Source: a virus. From it: 64,000 nucleotides of DNA. The stretch is taken from positions 14,532-78,531 of the IMG/VR virus record IMGVR_UViG_3300036978_000319; one strand, written 5' to 3'. Shown here one piece after another: positions 17,742-27,709 of this stretch; position 1 is the first letter of the stretch; each line of letters begins with the position of its first letter. The notes below the pieces were generated by a model, which worked only from the letters and a program-made list of their open reading frames with translations, was not told the DNA's origin and made no database searches. The position numbers and the translations under genes are program-made.

Positions 17742-18291
17742 GATCTTTAACAAGGGCGAAACTATCTACTGCCTACTCTCTTCACAAAGTCACCCTGACA
17801 TACTTCTTCCAGTAAAGGGCTTTATAGTTGACACTAAATGGGACAGGGTCAATCCAAAATATAAGATAAAGATACTTAAGTTCTACGATAGTATTCAGAT
17901 GCTGAAGAAGTACTATTTTGAGATGAGGTTTTCATGCGAGTTTGATGTTAAGTCACTGCCTATTATGTTAAAGGCGGATGACTATAACAGTGTCCCTAAT
18001 CTTGAACAGAGAATACACGGTGACGGTGAAGCCAGGTACTACGTGATAGTGGATTCTATCATGTGCGTTAAAACTCTACAGCAAGCTAGAGAGCTCTTCA
18101 GTCGGATTCAGTTTTATATCATATCGAAAAAATATAAGGAAATTAGAGAAGCATCAGCCAGAAAATTTGGCAAGGGAGCATTCACAGTTGACAGTCTTGC
18201 CGAGTGGGATGCTAGGTTTATTACTGCGTGGGGTGATAAATTATTGGAGGGTGGAATTAAGCCGGAAAAGTATATTGTAAGTCTTAACTAG
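17728..18291 (+). CDS. Hypothetical protein
   Basis: Probable start MKRHRIF (ATG at 17728). Confidence 0.65.
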   Translation: MKRHRIFNKGETIYCLLSSQSHPDILLPVKGFIVDTKWDRVNPKYKIKILKFYDSIQMLKKYYFEMRFSCEFDVKSLPIMLKADDYNSVPNLEQRIHGDGEARYYVIVDSIMCVKTLQQARELFSRIQFYIISKKYKEIREASARKFGKGAFTVDSLAEWDARFITAWGDKLLEGGIKPEKYIVSLN

Positions 18292-18335
18292 GAGAGATAT
18301 ATACTCTATCGTTATGCAAATAATACTCTACCTCT

Positions 18336-20168
18336 ATGGCTATATTTGATCCCGGCGGCATAAATAACATTAGTGACTATCTCTACCCAGACACGTCGGC
18401 TGGAGCCGGGAGGCTGCCTGTCTTTGGCGGAGAATCATTTGGGTTTGCAAGAGGTGTAACTGAGGAGTACGCTAAAAACTTTTATGGTAATGGGGCAAAG
18501 CCTGCGCCTTTATCCGTACCAAGAGGATCTACCGGAGAATTGCCTAGATCAACATTTAACAAGTTTGCACTCTTTAACTATAGCGGTTTTTATGGAAACG
18601 CAGCAATCGATAACTCAGCTGGCTATCGCGACGATAACCCGGCATCTAGATCGTTTTCAGGTAAGAGCGTAGGTTCACAAACCCCAACAATACCTAAAAT
18701 TATTGAGTTCTATAACACGAACTACCCTGATATTGGCTATAAGGCTCAGGACTTTCTATATAGTAAGTGGTATCGTAAAATACCTCTTAACCATATTGTC
18801 ACTCTTAGAAGGTTTCCAATGCCATGTGAGGACAACATCTTTAACTACAAGATTGCTGTGTCTGAGGTTACGGGTGGAAAGACACCTCTTAATGTTAATG
18901 GCAGTGGTGATGTAGCTGATGCAACACAAGTGGCAGGAGTCACGGCGGTCACTTATATGGGAGAAACTGCTGGCAATAAACTTAGTGAGCTCATGAGCAT
19001 GACCTATGGGCTTAAGTGGAAAGAACTTGAGTCAAAGATGAATGAGGTTGAGTCCGGTGGTGGCTATACGAGTCAGCCAACTTCAAAGACGTTTGGTGGA
19101 CTTGCTGCAGCTACAGCTGATGTGGCAAAGGGTGTTTCACCGGGTAGAAAGTATGCTCTTGAGAATGCATCAACGGCTGATAAGCTTGCCACAACATATG
19201 CTGATTTTGTCATAGGACCTGTTAATGTGATTGACCGGACCATGATCCGGGATAGAGGTTTAACATTTGAGCAGGATATGAAGCTTATCTTCGAATATGA
19301 ACTTAAGTCACTAAGCTATGTTAACCCTAAGGTGGCCATGATTGACATCATATCAAACATGCTTACCATGACCACTAATAATGCAACCTTTTGGGGTGGA
19401 GGGCAGCGCTACTACGGTGCGGCTGGTTTTGTGGCGAGTCAGTTTGGTGATGTTAATCTCTTAAAGCAAGGCAACTTTGCCGGCTATACAAAGTCTCTAA
19501 CTAATGATGTTACGGCTGGCTTAAAGAACATATTTGGCAATAGTAGCGGTGGTGTTGACTTCGGGTCTATAGTCAAAGGCGGGGTAAACATAGGCAAGCA
19601 GTTTTTAGGTAATAAGCTAGGAGAGCTGCTAGGTTCTATTGCAGGCGATGTAGGGTCAACGGCCGCACAAAGAACCTTCATTAGTGCAGAGCCTACAGGT
19701 AACTGGCATGTGACAATCGGTAACCCTCTCAATCCAATTGCAACTATGGGAAATATGTATTGTGATAGCACAATTATGACTCTAGGAGATGGTTTAGGAT
19801 ATGATGACTTTCCGTTAGAGGTTAAGTTTGAAATTAGTCTTAAACACGGTAAGCCACGAGACAAGGGAGATATTGAAAACATGTTTAATGCTGGGCGTGG
19901 CAGGATATATGTATCTGCTGCTAATGAAAAAGACATACTTAATCTTGCTGGTGGAGATGAGCAGACTTTTGGTAGCAAAAAAGACGGTAACAATAACTTT
20001 CAGTCTACGCAGTCTTCACAGACCGGTACAACCGGAATCTCCGCAGCTGCCTCATCAGCCAGTGATAATGAAATCAATAACATAGACAAGATTAGGCAAA
20101 GTAAAGGCGGTATTACAAAGTCAGGTGAATACATCTCTAACCTAGTTAGCCTAATGATAGATTCTTAA
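18336..20168 (+). CDS. Virion structural protein (baseplate/tail-tube-associated)
   Basis: 610 aa behind GATATATA (18296). The C-terminal WHVTIGNPLNPI...DDFPLEVKFEISL segment is tube-fold-like; first gene of the baseplate cluster. Confidence 0.6.
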   Translation: MAIFDPGGINNISDYLYPDTSAGAGRLPVFGGESFGFARGVTEEYAKNFYGNGAKPAPLSVPRGSTGELPRSTFNKFALFNYSGFYGNAAIDNSAGYRDDNPASRSFSGKSVGSQTPTIPKIIEFYNTNYPDIGYKAQDFLYSKWYRKIPLNHIVTLRRFPMPCEDNIFNYKIAVSEVTGGKTPLNVNGSGDVADATQVAGVTAVTYMGETAGNKLSELMSMTYGLKWKELESKMNEVESGGGYTSQPTSKTFGGLAAATADVAKGVSPGRKYALENASTADKLATTYADFVIGPVNVIDRTMIRDRGLTFEQDMKLIFEYELKSLSYVNPKVAMIDIISNMLTMTTNNATFWGGGQRYYGAAGFVASQFGDVNLLKQGNFAGYTKSLTNDVTAGLKNIFGNSSGGVDFGSIVKGGVNIGKQFLGNKLGELLGSIAGDVGSTAAQRTFISAEPTGNWHVTIGNPLNPIATMGNMYCDSTIMTLGDGLGYDDFPLEVKFEISLKHGKPRDKGDIENMFNAGRGRIYVSAANEKDILNLAGGDEQTFGSKKDGNNNFQSTQSSQTGTTGISAAASSASDNEINNIDKIRQSKGGITKSGEYISNLVSLMIDS

Positions 20169-20175
20169 ACTTACA

Positions 20176-20709
20176 ATGGATATAAGATCACTTGCTCTTA
20201 AGAACAGGCTCATTGACCAAAACACTGGTGAAGAGTACTTTGACCTAACTGCCCCCTCGTTTGAATACCAATCGGAGTTTGGCATTAAGGCTCTTCACTA
20301 TGTGACTAGTGACCAGGCAGGTCGAATAGACCTAGTCTCAGAGACCTACTTTGGTAACGGCCGATACATTGATGCAATCTGCATACTTAACGGTATCACT
20401 AATCCGTTTAGTGTTAGTGAAGGCGACATTTTATTCATACCTAACCTTCTTAGAAATGAAGACCAGGCCTATTTTAGACCTCAGACCGCGTCCAGGCCAA
20501 CTCAAGTTCAGTCACAGTACATTGACACTGATAGACTTAGCAAGAAGGATAAGTCTAGGATTGATAGACTTGCTGAAAAGGGTAAAGGCAGACCTAGTGG
20601 AGTAGATACACCGCTACCGCCCAATGTCCTACAGCAGGGAGCAGCTGGCAAGACTATTGGTGGCGGCGTAGTTAGACTTGGTACTAATCTACCAGCAAGA
20701 AGATCATAA
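20176..20709 (+). CDS. Baseplate wedge protein, gp53/LysM-like
   Basis: HYVT...GRIDLVSETYFG...ICILNGITNPFSVSEGDILFIP is the LysM/gp53 pattern. Confidence 0.8.
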   Translation: MDIRSLALKNRLIDQNTGEEYFDLTAPSFEYQSEFGIKALHYVTSDQAGRIDLVSETYFGNGRYIDAICILNGITNPFSVSEGDILFIPNLLRNEDQAYFRPQTASRPTQVQSQYIDTDRLSKKDKSRIDRLAEKGKGRPSGVDTPLPPNVLQQGAAGKTIGGGVVRLGTNLPARRS

Positions 20710-22169
20710 TGGCAAGTAACCTAGAGAGAAGCATACTCACAATCATAGAACCTACGATTGTTCTTGACGAGTTAGTGATTGCCGATACAGAGAGTGCTAC
20801 ACCAGACTCAATGACTCCTAATACACAGATTAAAAACTCTAAGATCTATAACGTAACCCCATTAGTTAGGATCAATCAATATGAAGTCAACCCTGACAAC
20901 TTAATAAGCTTTAGACTTAGCAACACCGGATTCTATCCTACTCTCAAGGTTATCTTTAATGATATTGATACCAGTTTTACGGCTAGGTTTTTCCCAAAAG
21001 ACGGTGATGTTGCGCAACTTTACATTAGATCGCAGGGTGATGAGGAAACATTTAAGCCCATCCGAATTGACTTTACAATCATAGATGTCTATCCTATTGC
21101 AGGCAGTGGTGACAAGGTGACTAGGATTGCAGTGGAAGGTAGAATGTTTGTACCTGACCTGTTCACGGAGCGAGTTGAATACCACGAAGGAACAAGTTGG
21201 AATGCTCTTCTTGACATTGCAGAAAGCCTAACTCTAGGCTATGCAAGCAATGTTGAAGACACTAGCGATACCATGACCTGGATCAATCCTAACGATACGG
21301 TTGATAAGTATATCCAAGACATCGTAGCAAACAGTTACTTTGATGATGATCACTTTTTCACGGCTTACATTGATCCCTACTATTACCTCACATTCATTGA
21401 TGTTAACCGTCTCTTCTCACAAGAGGGTGCGCCTGATGTCACGCAGGGCTTTACACTTAACTCAATGGATAGTTATGGCAATGGTGAGGGTAAGGTTGAC
21501 AATTTTCCCTATTTCCTAACAAATGATGTTAAGTTTCAGGGATCAGCCAACTATATGCGAAAGCATCAGATGGTGAATGAAACTGGATTCATTACTAAGA
21601 ACAACGGCTATAAGCGATACGCACAGTTCTGGGAGCAGGGTGAGAGAGAATTTATAAGTGAATTTGTTGATCCTATTGTGGATGAAGTTGAGGGACAAGT
21701 GTCGGCTACTAAGGGAAGACTTGTTGAGGGAGAGGTTGAAGGTCCACGAGACAACCAGGTTAGGTTTAAGTATCTTGGACAGCAGAGTCAAAATGTACAT
21801 GATCAGTTTATGTATAGTGTTGTTCTCAACTATCAGAACCTATCGGAAATCACTAAGATGGGAATGGTCGCTGAACTTGACACGGTTAACCCTGCTCTTC
21901 TTAGATACACCAGGATCTTTTGTCAGGTGTTTGAATATGCAACTCCAGTTAAGCAGCAGCTAACCGCATCGACTGAGGATGATGCAGAACCACCTGCTAA
22001 TGCAGTAAAAAGAGACCCTGCTTCTAATGAAGAAGCAGATGGAGGTATCATTAATGAGTTCCTCTCTGGATTTTATGTCATTAATGGAATTGACTGGGTT
22101 CAAATAATGCCTGGTCCAATGAAGATGAAGGTCTATCTGCAGAGAAGAGTATTTAAGCCGACTTCATAG
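20709..22169 (+). CDS. Baseplate hub protein (gp27-like)
   Basis: 486 aa between the gp53-like and gp5-like genes; ends in LSGFYVINGIDW, typical of hub proteins. Confidence 0.6.
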   Translation: MASNLERSILTIIEPTIVLDELVIADTESATPDSMTPNTQIKNSKIYNVTPLVRINQYEVNPDNLISFRLSNTGFYPTLKVIFNDIDTSFTARFFPKDGDVAQLYIRSQGDEETFKPIRIDFTIIDVYPIAGSGDKVTRIAVEGRMFVPDLFTERVEYHEGTSWNALLDIAESLTLGYASNVEDTSDTMTWINPNDTVDKYIQDIVANSYFDDDHFFTAYIDPYYYLTFIDVNRLFSQEGAPDVTQGFTLNSMDSYGNGEGKVDNFPYFLTNDVKFQGSANYMRKHQMVNETGFITKNNGYKRYAQFWEQGEREFISEFVDPIVDEVEGQVSATKGRLVEGEVEGPRDNQVRFKYLGQQSQNVHDQFMYSVVLNYQNLSEITKMGMVAELDTVNPALLRYTRIFCQVFEYATPVKQQLTASTEDDAEPPANAVKRDPASNEEADGGIINEFLSGFYVINGIDWVQIMPGPMKMKVYLQRRVFKPTS

Positions 22170-22195
22170 AATAGATAGAAAAAGAGAGTAGAGAA

Positions 22196-23584
22196 ATGCC
22201 ACTAACGGATTTAGCAGGTAGCTTTGGTGATAATCTGGGACAAATACCTGGAGTTAATGCAGTGGGACCTAAACCTAATGTACCTTCTGATTGGCAAACG
22301 ATCCGAAAGAGGTTCATTAATGTCAATAAAAAAGCGTCCACATCAGGAAACGGTCTCACTGACATTGATGATCCAACATATCTGGGTTTCACTCTTGTCT
22401 TTGACATTACAAGTCCCTTATTTAATGGAGCTACCCAGAATACGTCTGACCTATCCGTTTCTGGCAATTCAGTAGCGCAGCAGTCAGCCATAGGTTACCT
22501 AATAAAGGTAGGTGAAAATGCTCGTGCCGACTACTTAAGGGCATTTATCCAAGGCATCCAAGATATCAATACAAGACGTCCCTATTATTGGCAAACTGTA
22601 GCTGGCGTAGACGAGGCATGGAAGTCACTGACGGCTATGGGGCCAGACCCCTATGTTGGATCTAAGGAGGGAGAGGGCATCACGATTGCATGTCTTGAGG
22701 CAATTGATCTCAAGATCACAGCCCTTTTTACTCTTTATAAGATGGCGGTGTATGACTCGGCATATAAAAGATTTGTTGTGCCACAAAACCTAAGGTATTT
22801 TGATGTTGACTTAAAGGTAGGAGAGATTAGACAGTTTAAGAGGACACTAAACCTACTAGGGTTAATTGATCGAGGTAATCTTCTTCAAAACAATGATAAT
22901 ACAGCAGACGTTGTTGGTAGTAATGCATCGTTTGTCACATTTAGGTTCACTGATTGTTTATGGATACCTGAAGAGTGTGGTAAGGCGTTTGACTCGGTCT
23001 CAAACGTTGGAGGCGAAGTGGTAAGTACCTCGGTCAAATGGACATACTCAAATGTCATTATTGATGCCCAATTTGCAGGGTATGACAAAACTCTATTGGA
23101 CAGCAGACAGCAGATCCCAAGCTCACTTAACTTTGCTGCACAGGCACTGCAGTTTGCAAAAGAACAGGCTGCGCAAGTTGCTCAACAGGCATTATTGGCT
23201 GCAAAAAATGCAGCTCAAAGAGCTGTCTTATCACTGGCACAAGGTCTACTCTTTGGTAATGTTCATGGAGGTTTTCAAAACTCTATTGCAAATATACTAC
23301 AAAATCCTGGGGGATCTCTTGTCAATGCAACCGCTGGTGCGATTGGTGCAGCTATTCAGCAGAATGGTTCACGTGCCGATAGTGCTCCAATTGCACTGTC
23401 TGATAACATAATGCCCGAACCGCCGCCACTAGCTCGTTCTCTGCCAACCGACCGCATACAGCCAGCAGGTCGACAGCCAACCAATCGCGACGGCAGTGAG
23501 GTTAAGCAATTGTCTCCAACTAGAGCATTTGATGCGTCACCATCTGGACCACCTCCCCTACAACCTACTAAAGTACACGGATGA
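22196..23584 (+). CDS. Tail-tube-like/baseplate structural protein
   Basis: DDPTYLGF and YYWQTVAGV...ITIACLEAIDL suggest a tube fold; low-complexity C-terminus; baseplate context. Confidence 0.55.
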   Translation: MPLTDLAGSFGDNLGQIPGVNAVGPKPNVPSDWQTIRKRFINVNKKASTSGNGLTDIDDPTYLGFTLVFDITSPLFNGATQNTSDLSVSGNSVAQQSAIGYLIKVGENARADYLRAFIQGIQDINTRRPYYWQTVAGVDEAWKSLTAMGPDPYVGSKEGEGITIACLEAIDLKITALFTLYKMAVYDSAYKRFVVPQNLRYFDVDLKVGEIRQFKRTLNLLGLIDRGNLLQNNDNTADVVGSNASFVTFRFTDCLWIPEECGKAFDSVSNVGGEVVSTSVKWTYSNVIIDAQFAGYDKTLLDSRQQIPSSLNFAAQALQFAKEQAAQVAQQALLAAKNAAQRAVLSLAQGLLFGNVHGGFQNSIANILQNPGGSLVNATAGAIGAAIQQNGSRADSAPIALSDNIMPEPPPLARSLPTDRIQPAGRQPTNRDGSEVKQLSPTRAFDASPSGPPPLQPTKVHG

Positions 23585-24591
23585 AGATAACCGCAAAGGA
23601 GTTTCAGCAGGACAATTTGACTGGCACACAGTGGGTTGGCAGTGTTGAAGACAATCAGGACCCTCTCTTTGAGGGAAGATGTCGTATCCGTGTATACGGC
23701 AAAATGGACCAGCGGGTTAACATAGAGGACCCTAGCAGTGCCTTTGTACTACCTACTGATAAACTGCCGTGGGCAACCCAAGCCACGGCTATGACTGGCG
23801 GTAGTGATAGCGGTGGAGGATCATTTAGCCCTCCTAAGCTAGGTGCAGTTGTTGAGGTGACCTTTGACAACGGTAACCTATACTCTCCAGTCTATCATCA
23901 CTCCCTTTACATATCCGATGATGTTAAGAGCGAGGTCCAAGACTCATATGAGAATGCACATGTTCTTGTCTATGACACTTCATTTGGCCAGTCGATTGAC
24001 AGTAATGGACAAGTAAGCAATGATAGAGAGGGCGAAGGCATCAAGGTTTTCTTTACAGAGAGTAAGGGATTTGTGATTGACTATGCAACTGGTGACGGGT
24101 CAACTGTCTTTATCCTTAAGCCGGACAATGCAGTTGAGATCACTAACCCTAATGGCGACAGTGTGGTCATGTCTAATGATGGTACCATTAAGTTTACTCA
24201 CTCAGGCACAGTGACCATTGATGCAGGAGCTGATGTTGAGATTAATTGTGTAAATGCAAAGATCACGGCTAGTGCTGATGTTGAAGTTAGTTGTGTCAAT
24301 GCAAAGATCGCGGCTGATGCTGATGTTGATGTTAGCTGTGCTAATGCAAAGATCACTGCCGATGCCAACGTTGATGTCAACTGCGCCAATGCAAAGATCA
24401 CTGCCAATGCCGAGGCTCAAATAGACTCTCCTAAGATTAAATTAGGTAAGACTGCGGCTGAGGCCGTCATTAAGGGTGATACATTTAAAGAGCTCTACAA
24501 CAATCATATTCACCCAACACCGGTTGGTCCAACTGAAAAGCCAGCAGTTCCAATGGATGCTGCTCTTAGCCAGGTAAGCTCAACTGACTAA
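23581..24591 (+). CDS. Baseplate central spike (gp5/VgrG/gpV-like)
   Basis: gp5 OB-fold (VEDNQDPLFEGRCRIRVYG...LPWA...PKLGAVVEVTF), beta-helix repeats and a C-terminal HIH apex motif. Confidence 0.88.
   Translation: MKITAKEFQQDNLTGTQWVGSVEDNQDPLFEGRCRIRVYGKMDQRVNIEDPSSAFVLPTDKLPWATQATAMTGGSDSGGGSFSPPKLGAVVEVTFDNGNLYSPVYHHSLYISDDVKSEVQDSYENAHVLVYDTSFGQSIDSNGQVSNDREGEGIKVFFTESKGFVIDYATGDGSTVFILKPDNAVEITNPNGDSVVMSNDGTIKFTHSGTVTIDAGADVEINCVNAKITASADVEVSCVNAKIAADADVDVSCANAKITADANVDVNCANAKITANAEAQIDSPKIKLGKTAAEAVIKGDTFKELYNNHIHPTPVGPTEKPAVPMDAALSQVSSTD
24226..24415 (+). repeat. Four 45-bp (15-aa) coding repeats in the spike
   Basis: ADVEINCVNAKITAS / ADVEVSCVNAKIAAD / ADVDVSCANAKITAD / ANVDVNCANAKITAN. 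Confidence 0.85.
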
Positions 24592-25160
24592 TGGCCTGGG
24601 GACCGCTATTTCAGCCAGCTGTCATTGCCTTTTTAGAGGTAGGTGCATCAGAAAGCCTGACCGTTACCTCACAAGCCATTGCGGCTGCATATCACCTAAA
24701 TGCACAGCTTGTTATGCCTACACTGATTCCAGGCAGTCTGCCTCTAACCCTACCTGGTCCAGTAGGCATTGGTGTTGGTCTTGAGGCATCATTTAAGTTG
24801 GCACAAGCAATAAGTTCAGGGCCACCGCCATCATCAGTATGGCTTCCGGCTGCGAGTGCAGTCATTGCATACTGGACCGGAGCACAATTCTCGCCGCTGC
24901 CTCCACCGCCAGGTGGCTTGTTAGGCATTAATAATACAGTCCTCTTTCCTGGCATACCTAATACCCTGGCAGAAGACATAGGAGCTGCATTTAAGGCTGG
25001 TCAGCCTGCACAGTCTGCACAGGAGGGAGCTGTCCTTGTGGCATCGGCTCTTAGCTCTGCATTTCAAAAGCATCTATTGACCGTCAGTGGATTATGGACA
25101 GGGACTGCACCTGGACTTCCACCAATACCTTTTGCCTTTCCCTGGATTGGTCTTACATAA
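24591..25160 (+). CDS. Hypothetical Pro/Ala-rich protein next to the spike gene
   Basis: 189 aa; translationally coupled to the spike gene. Confidence 0.65.
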   Translation: MAWGPLFQPAVIAFLEVGASESLTVTSQAIAAAYHLNAQLVMPTLIPGSLPLTLPGPVGIGVGLEASFKLAQAISSGPPPSSVWLPAASAVIAYWTGAQFSPLPPPPGGLLGINNTVLFPGIPNTLAEDIGAAFKAGQPAQSAQEGAVLVASALSSAFQKHLLTVSGLWTGTAPGLPPIPFAFPWIGLT

Positions 25161-25223
25161 GATCATGTAAATAAACTCCAATCAACTTTGGATATATAAT
25201 ACATAATCTGTAAAACTAAAAAA

Positions 25224-26360
25224 ATGATTGAACAAGAGATCCGGGTTCGCCTAAACGAAGAAGACCCATTTGAAACCACCCAAATTAAGGTTAGTGTACC
25301 TAAGGGCACTAAGATTATGTCGACCGAACCCTATGCAGTTCAAATGTTAAAACTGTATGGCTTAATGAATTCTGAACTTGTCGTTACGAAGGCTCAGGAA
25401 AATCGTAAAGGCAACATTGGGAGTGGTGTTATTGTAAACATTACTGGAGATACTGCTCTAATTGACATTGGTGGTAAGTACACTACATACTGCCAGCTTA
25501 ATAGTGAGCGTAAAGAGATCAGAGACCAGATTGTTCCTGGTATGCAGGTTGACGTTAAGTATAAAAGACAAGGTGAAGGCCAGATCATTGCGTCAATCTC
25601 CGATGCAGTTAATGATATGAAAGAGCAGGAGCTGATTAGTGCAATTGGTAGTAAGTCAGTCGCATTCACAGGCCGGGTAAAGGAGCTCATTCATGGAGGT
25701 TATTGGATTGACATTAGTGGAGTAACCTGCTTTATGCCAGGCTCTCTTGCTGGTATGAATAAGCTTTGGGACTTTGAGTCACTTGTAGGTCGTGAACTTA
25801 TCTTTATGCCTATCAATTATGCACAGGACAAACAGACGGTAGTCGTATCACATCGCGAATACTTGCAGACAATACTTCCAACTAAGGTAGCCGAAAGACG
25901 GGCTAATCTTAAAGAGAGGATCACAGGTCATGTGACAGGAACTACTAAGTTTGGTGTCTTTGCTGAATTTGACTCTTGCCTAACTGGTATGATTCCTAAA
26001 GAAGAACTTGCCGAGTCGCTGTCACAATATGAAGGCCGTGAGATTAAACCAGGCGATGAAATTTCGTTTTGGGTAAAGGAGATCATTAATGACAATAAGA
26101 TCACACTTACGCAGACCGGTTCAGTAGAGACTCCATGGGAAGGGGCGGAAGAGCGATACTCTCCAATGAGTTCACACGCAGGCATTGTGACTAAGATGAC
26201 AAAATATGGTGCATTTGTTGAACTTGAGCCAGGCATAGTTGGTCTAATTCATAGCAGCAGTCTAAAAGACATCATCTTTGCTAAAGGCGACAGTGTCAAT
26301 GTTAGGATCCGTAGCATACTGCCTCTTGAGCAGAGGGTAAGTCTAGCCCTAGTTTCATAG
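25224..26360 (+). CDS. Ribosomal protein S1-like multi-S1-domain RNA-binding protein
   Basis: Tandem S1 OB folds: GRVKELIHGGYWIDISGVTCFMPGS...VVVSHR; GHVTGTTKFGVFAEF...GMIP; GIVTKMTKYGAFVELEPGIVGLIH...RVSL. GATATATA at 25191. Confidence 0.88.
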   Translation: MIEQEIRVRLNEEDPFETTQIKVSVPKGTKIMSTEPYAVQMLKLYGLMNSELVVTKAQENRKGNIGSGVIVNITGDTALIDIGGKYTTYCQLNSERKEIRDQIVPGMQVDVKYKRQGEGQIIASISDAVNDMKEQELISAIGSKSVAFTGRVKELIHGGYWIDISGVTCFMPGSLAGMNKLWDFESLVGRELIFMPINYAQDKQTVVVSHREYLQTILPTKVAERRANLKERITGHVTGTTKFGVFAEFDSCLTGMIPKEELAESLSQYEGREIKPGDEISFWVKEIINDNKITLTQTGSVETPWEGAEERYSPMSSHAGIVTKMTKYGAFVELEPGIVGLIHSSSLKDIIFAKGDSVNVRIRSILPLEQRVSLALVS

Positions 26361-26407
26361 CATTAGTTTGTGTGCTTGCCTAGATATATAAGAAAAACGG
26401 TAGGCAC

Positions 26408-27706
26408 ATGCACTCTGACGAGCTTCTTAATGCAATTCATATGTCAAAGGTTGGATTTGAGTTTGAGTTCTATTCAAAGTCAGATCTAACCAAGACAAAG
26501 GATAGCTTAACAAGAGCCTTAGGTAAAAAGATCCGCATCGAGGATAAGGCTCATAGTGACTTTTCTCCGTCGGCAGATGTCTTTAAGATGGAACCCGACA
26601 ATTCAGGCGGGACAGGTATGATTGAGCTTGTCACAGGGCCAATGCAGTACCCTGAGGCTAAAGTGATCCTAGTTAAAGTCCTAAATTGGATTAAAGAGAA
26701 CGGCAGTACTAATGACCGTTCATCAATACATGTTAATCTTGCGTTTGATCTTGAAAAGATGGGAGCCAAGTTTGACATGACAAAGCTTGATGTTGGTAAG
26801 TTTGTCCTAAGCTTTGATGAAGACCTAGTGTATAAGACATTTCCTAACCGAGAGGGATCTGTCTATGCAAAGTCAATTAAGTTTGCAATGCCAATCAACG
26901 GCATGACACAGCGCTCACCTGGCAAACTGGACTGGAAGAACTATCAGTTTGTGAATGAAAAGTATTATGGAGTAAACTTCACAAAGATACCTAAAGGCTA
27001 TATTGAGTTTAGGTACCTAGGTGGTGCAGGCTATGAGAGCAAGTATACACAGATCCTAAAAATGATGGATCACTTCATAGTCTCTCTCTATCAGACCCTT
27101 GACAATCCTACATATACAGAGCAGGAAGAGCGTGAATTAGACAGTCTACTTGCAAGACATAGGGATGTTATTAAGGCATACCGCTCATACGATGACTTTG
27201 CCCAGCTCTACCCCAACATTAGGTTGATGGTTGATCTCAAAACGGCAACCCAACTAATTAAGATGTACTATCCGCAAATGAGAGAGCGGCTATTTGGTCT
27301 TCTCACTAAGGCTGATATGAAAGAGGGTTTTATCAACTATGACTCTGATCAAGGTAAGATGCAGGTAAAAGGCGCAAAGTTACACCGATGTTTTTTGGTG
27401 GAAGACCTTGATTTTGTTGAGTGTGAGTTAAAGGGAAACATTCTATCATGTGACATATTTGACTGCGAAGTAGAGAGTTCATCACTTATCACATGTAACA
27501 TATTTGGACGTAGCGTGATTAAGGGCAGCAAGGTTGAAAACTGCTATACTAGCAGAAATGTTGAGGTTGATGACTGCTATGTGTTTGGTCAGAATACTGT
27601 CTTTAGTGGACAGATGAAGGACGGCATATTTAGACAAGGTCGTGCAACTAAACACGCCAAGTTTGATGGCACCGAAGTGATAGAGATTGAAAAAATTAAG
27701 CAATAA
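26408..27706 (+). CDS. Putative amidoligase (COOH-NH2 ligase family) with C-terminal beta-helix
   Basis: GFEFEF, D-N-S, IELVTGP, SIHVN, KYYGVN and YIEFR are amidoligase motifs. Confidence 0.75.
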   Translation: MHSDELLNAIHMSKVGFEFEFYSKSDLTKTKDSLTRALGKKIRIEDKAHSDFSPSADVFKMEPDNSGGTGMIELVTGPMQYPEAKVILVKVLNWIKENGSTNDRSSIHVNLAFDLEKMGAKFDMTKLDVGKFVLSFDEDLVYKTFPNREGSVYAKSIKFAMPINGMTQRSPGKLDWKNYQFVNEKYYGVNFTKIPKGYIEFRYLGGAGYESKYTQILKMMDHFIVSLYQTLDNPTYTEQEERELDSLLARHRDVIKAYRSYDDFAQLYPNIRLMVDLKTATQLIKMYYPQMRERLFGLLTKADMKEGFINYDSDQGKMQVKGAKLHRCFLVEDLDFVECELKGNILSCDIFDCEVESSSLITCNIFGRSVIKGSKVENCYTSRNVEVDDCYVFGQNTVFSGQMKDGIFRQGRATKHAKFDGTEVIEIEKIKQ

Positions 27707-27709
27707 AAG

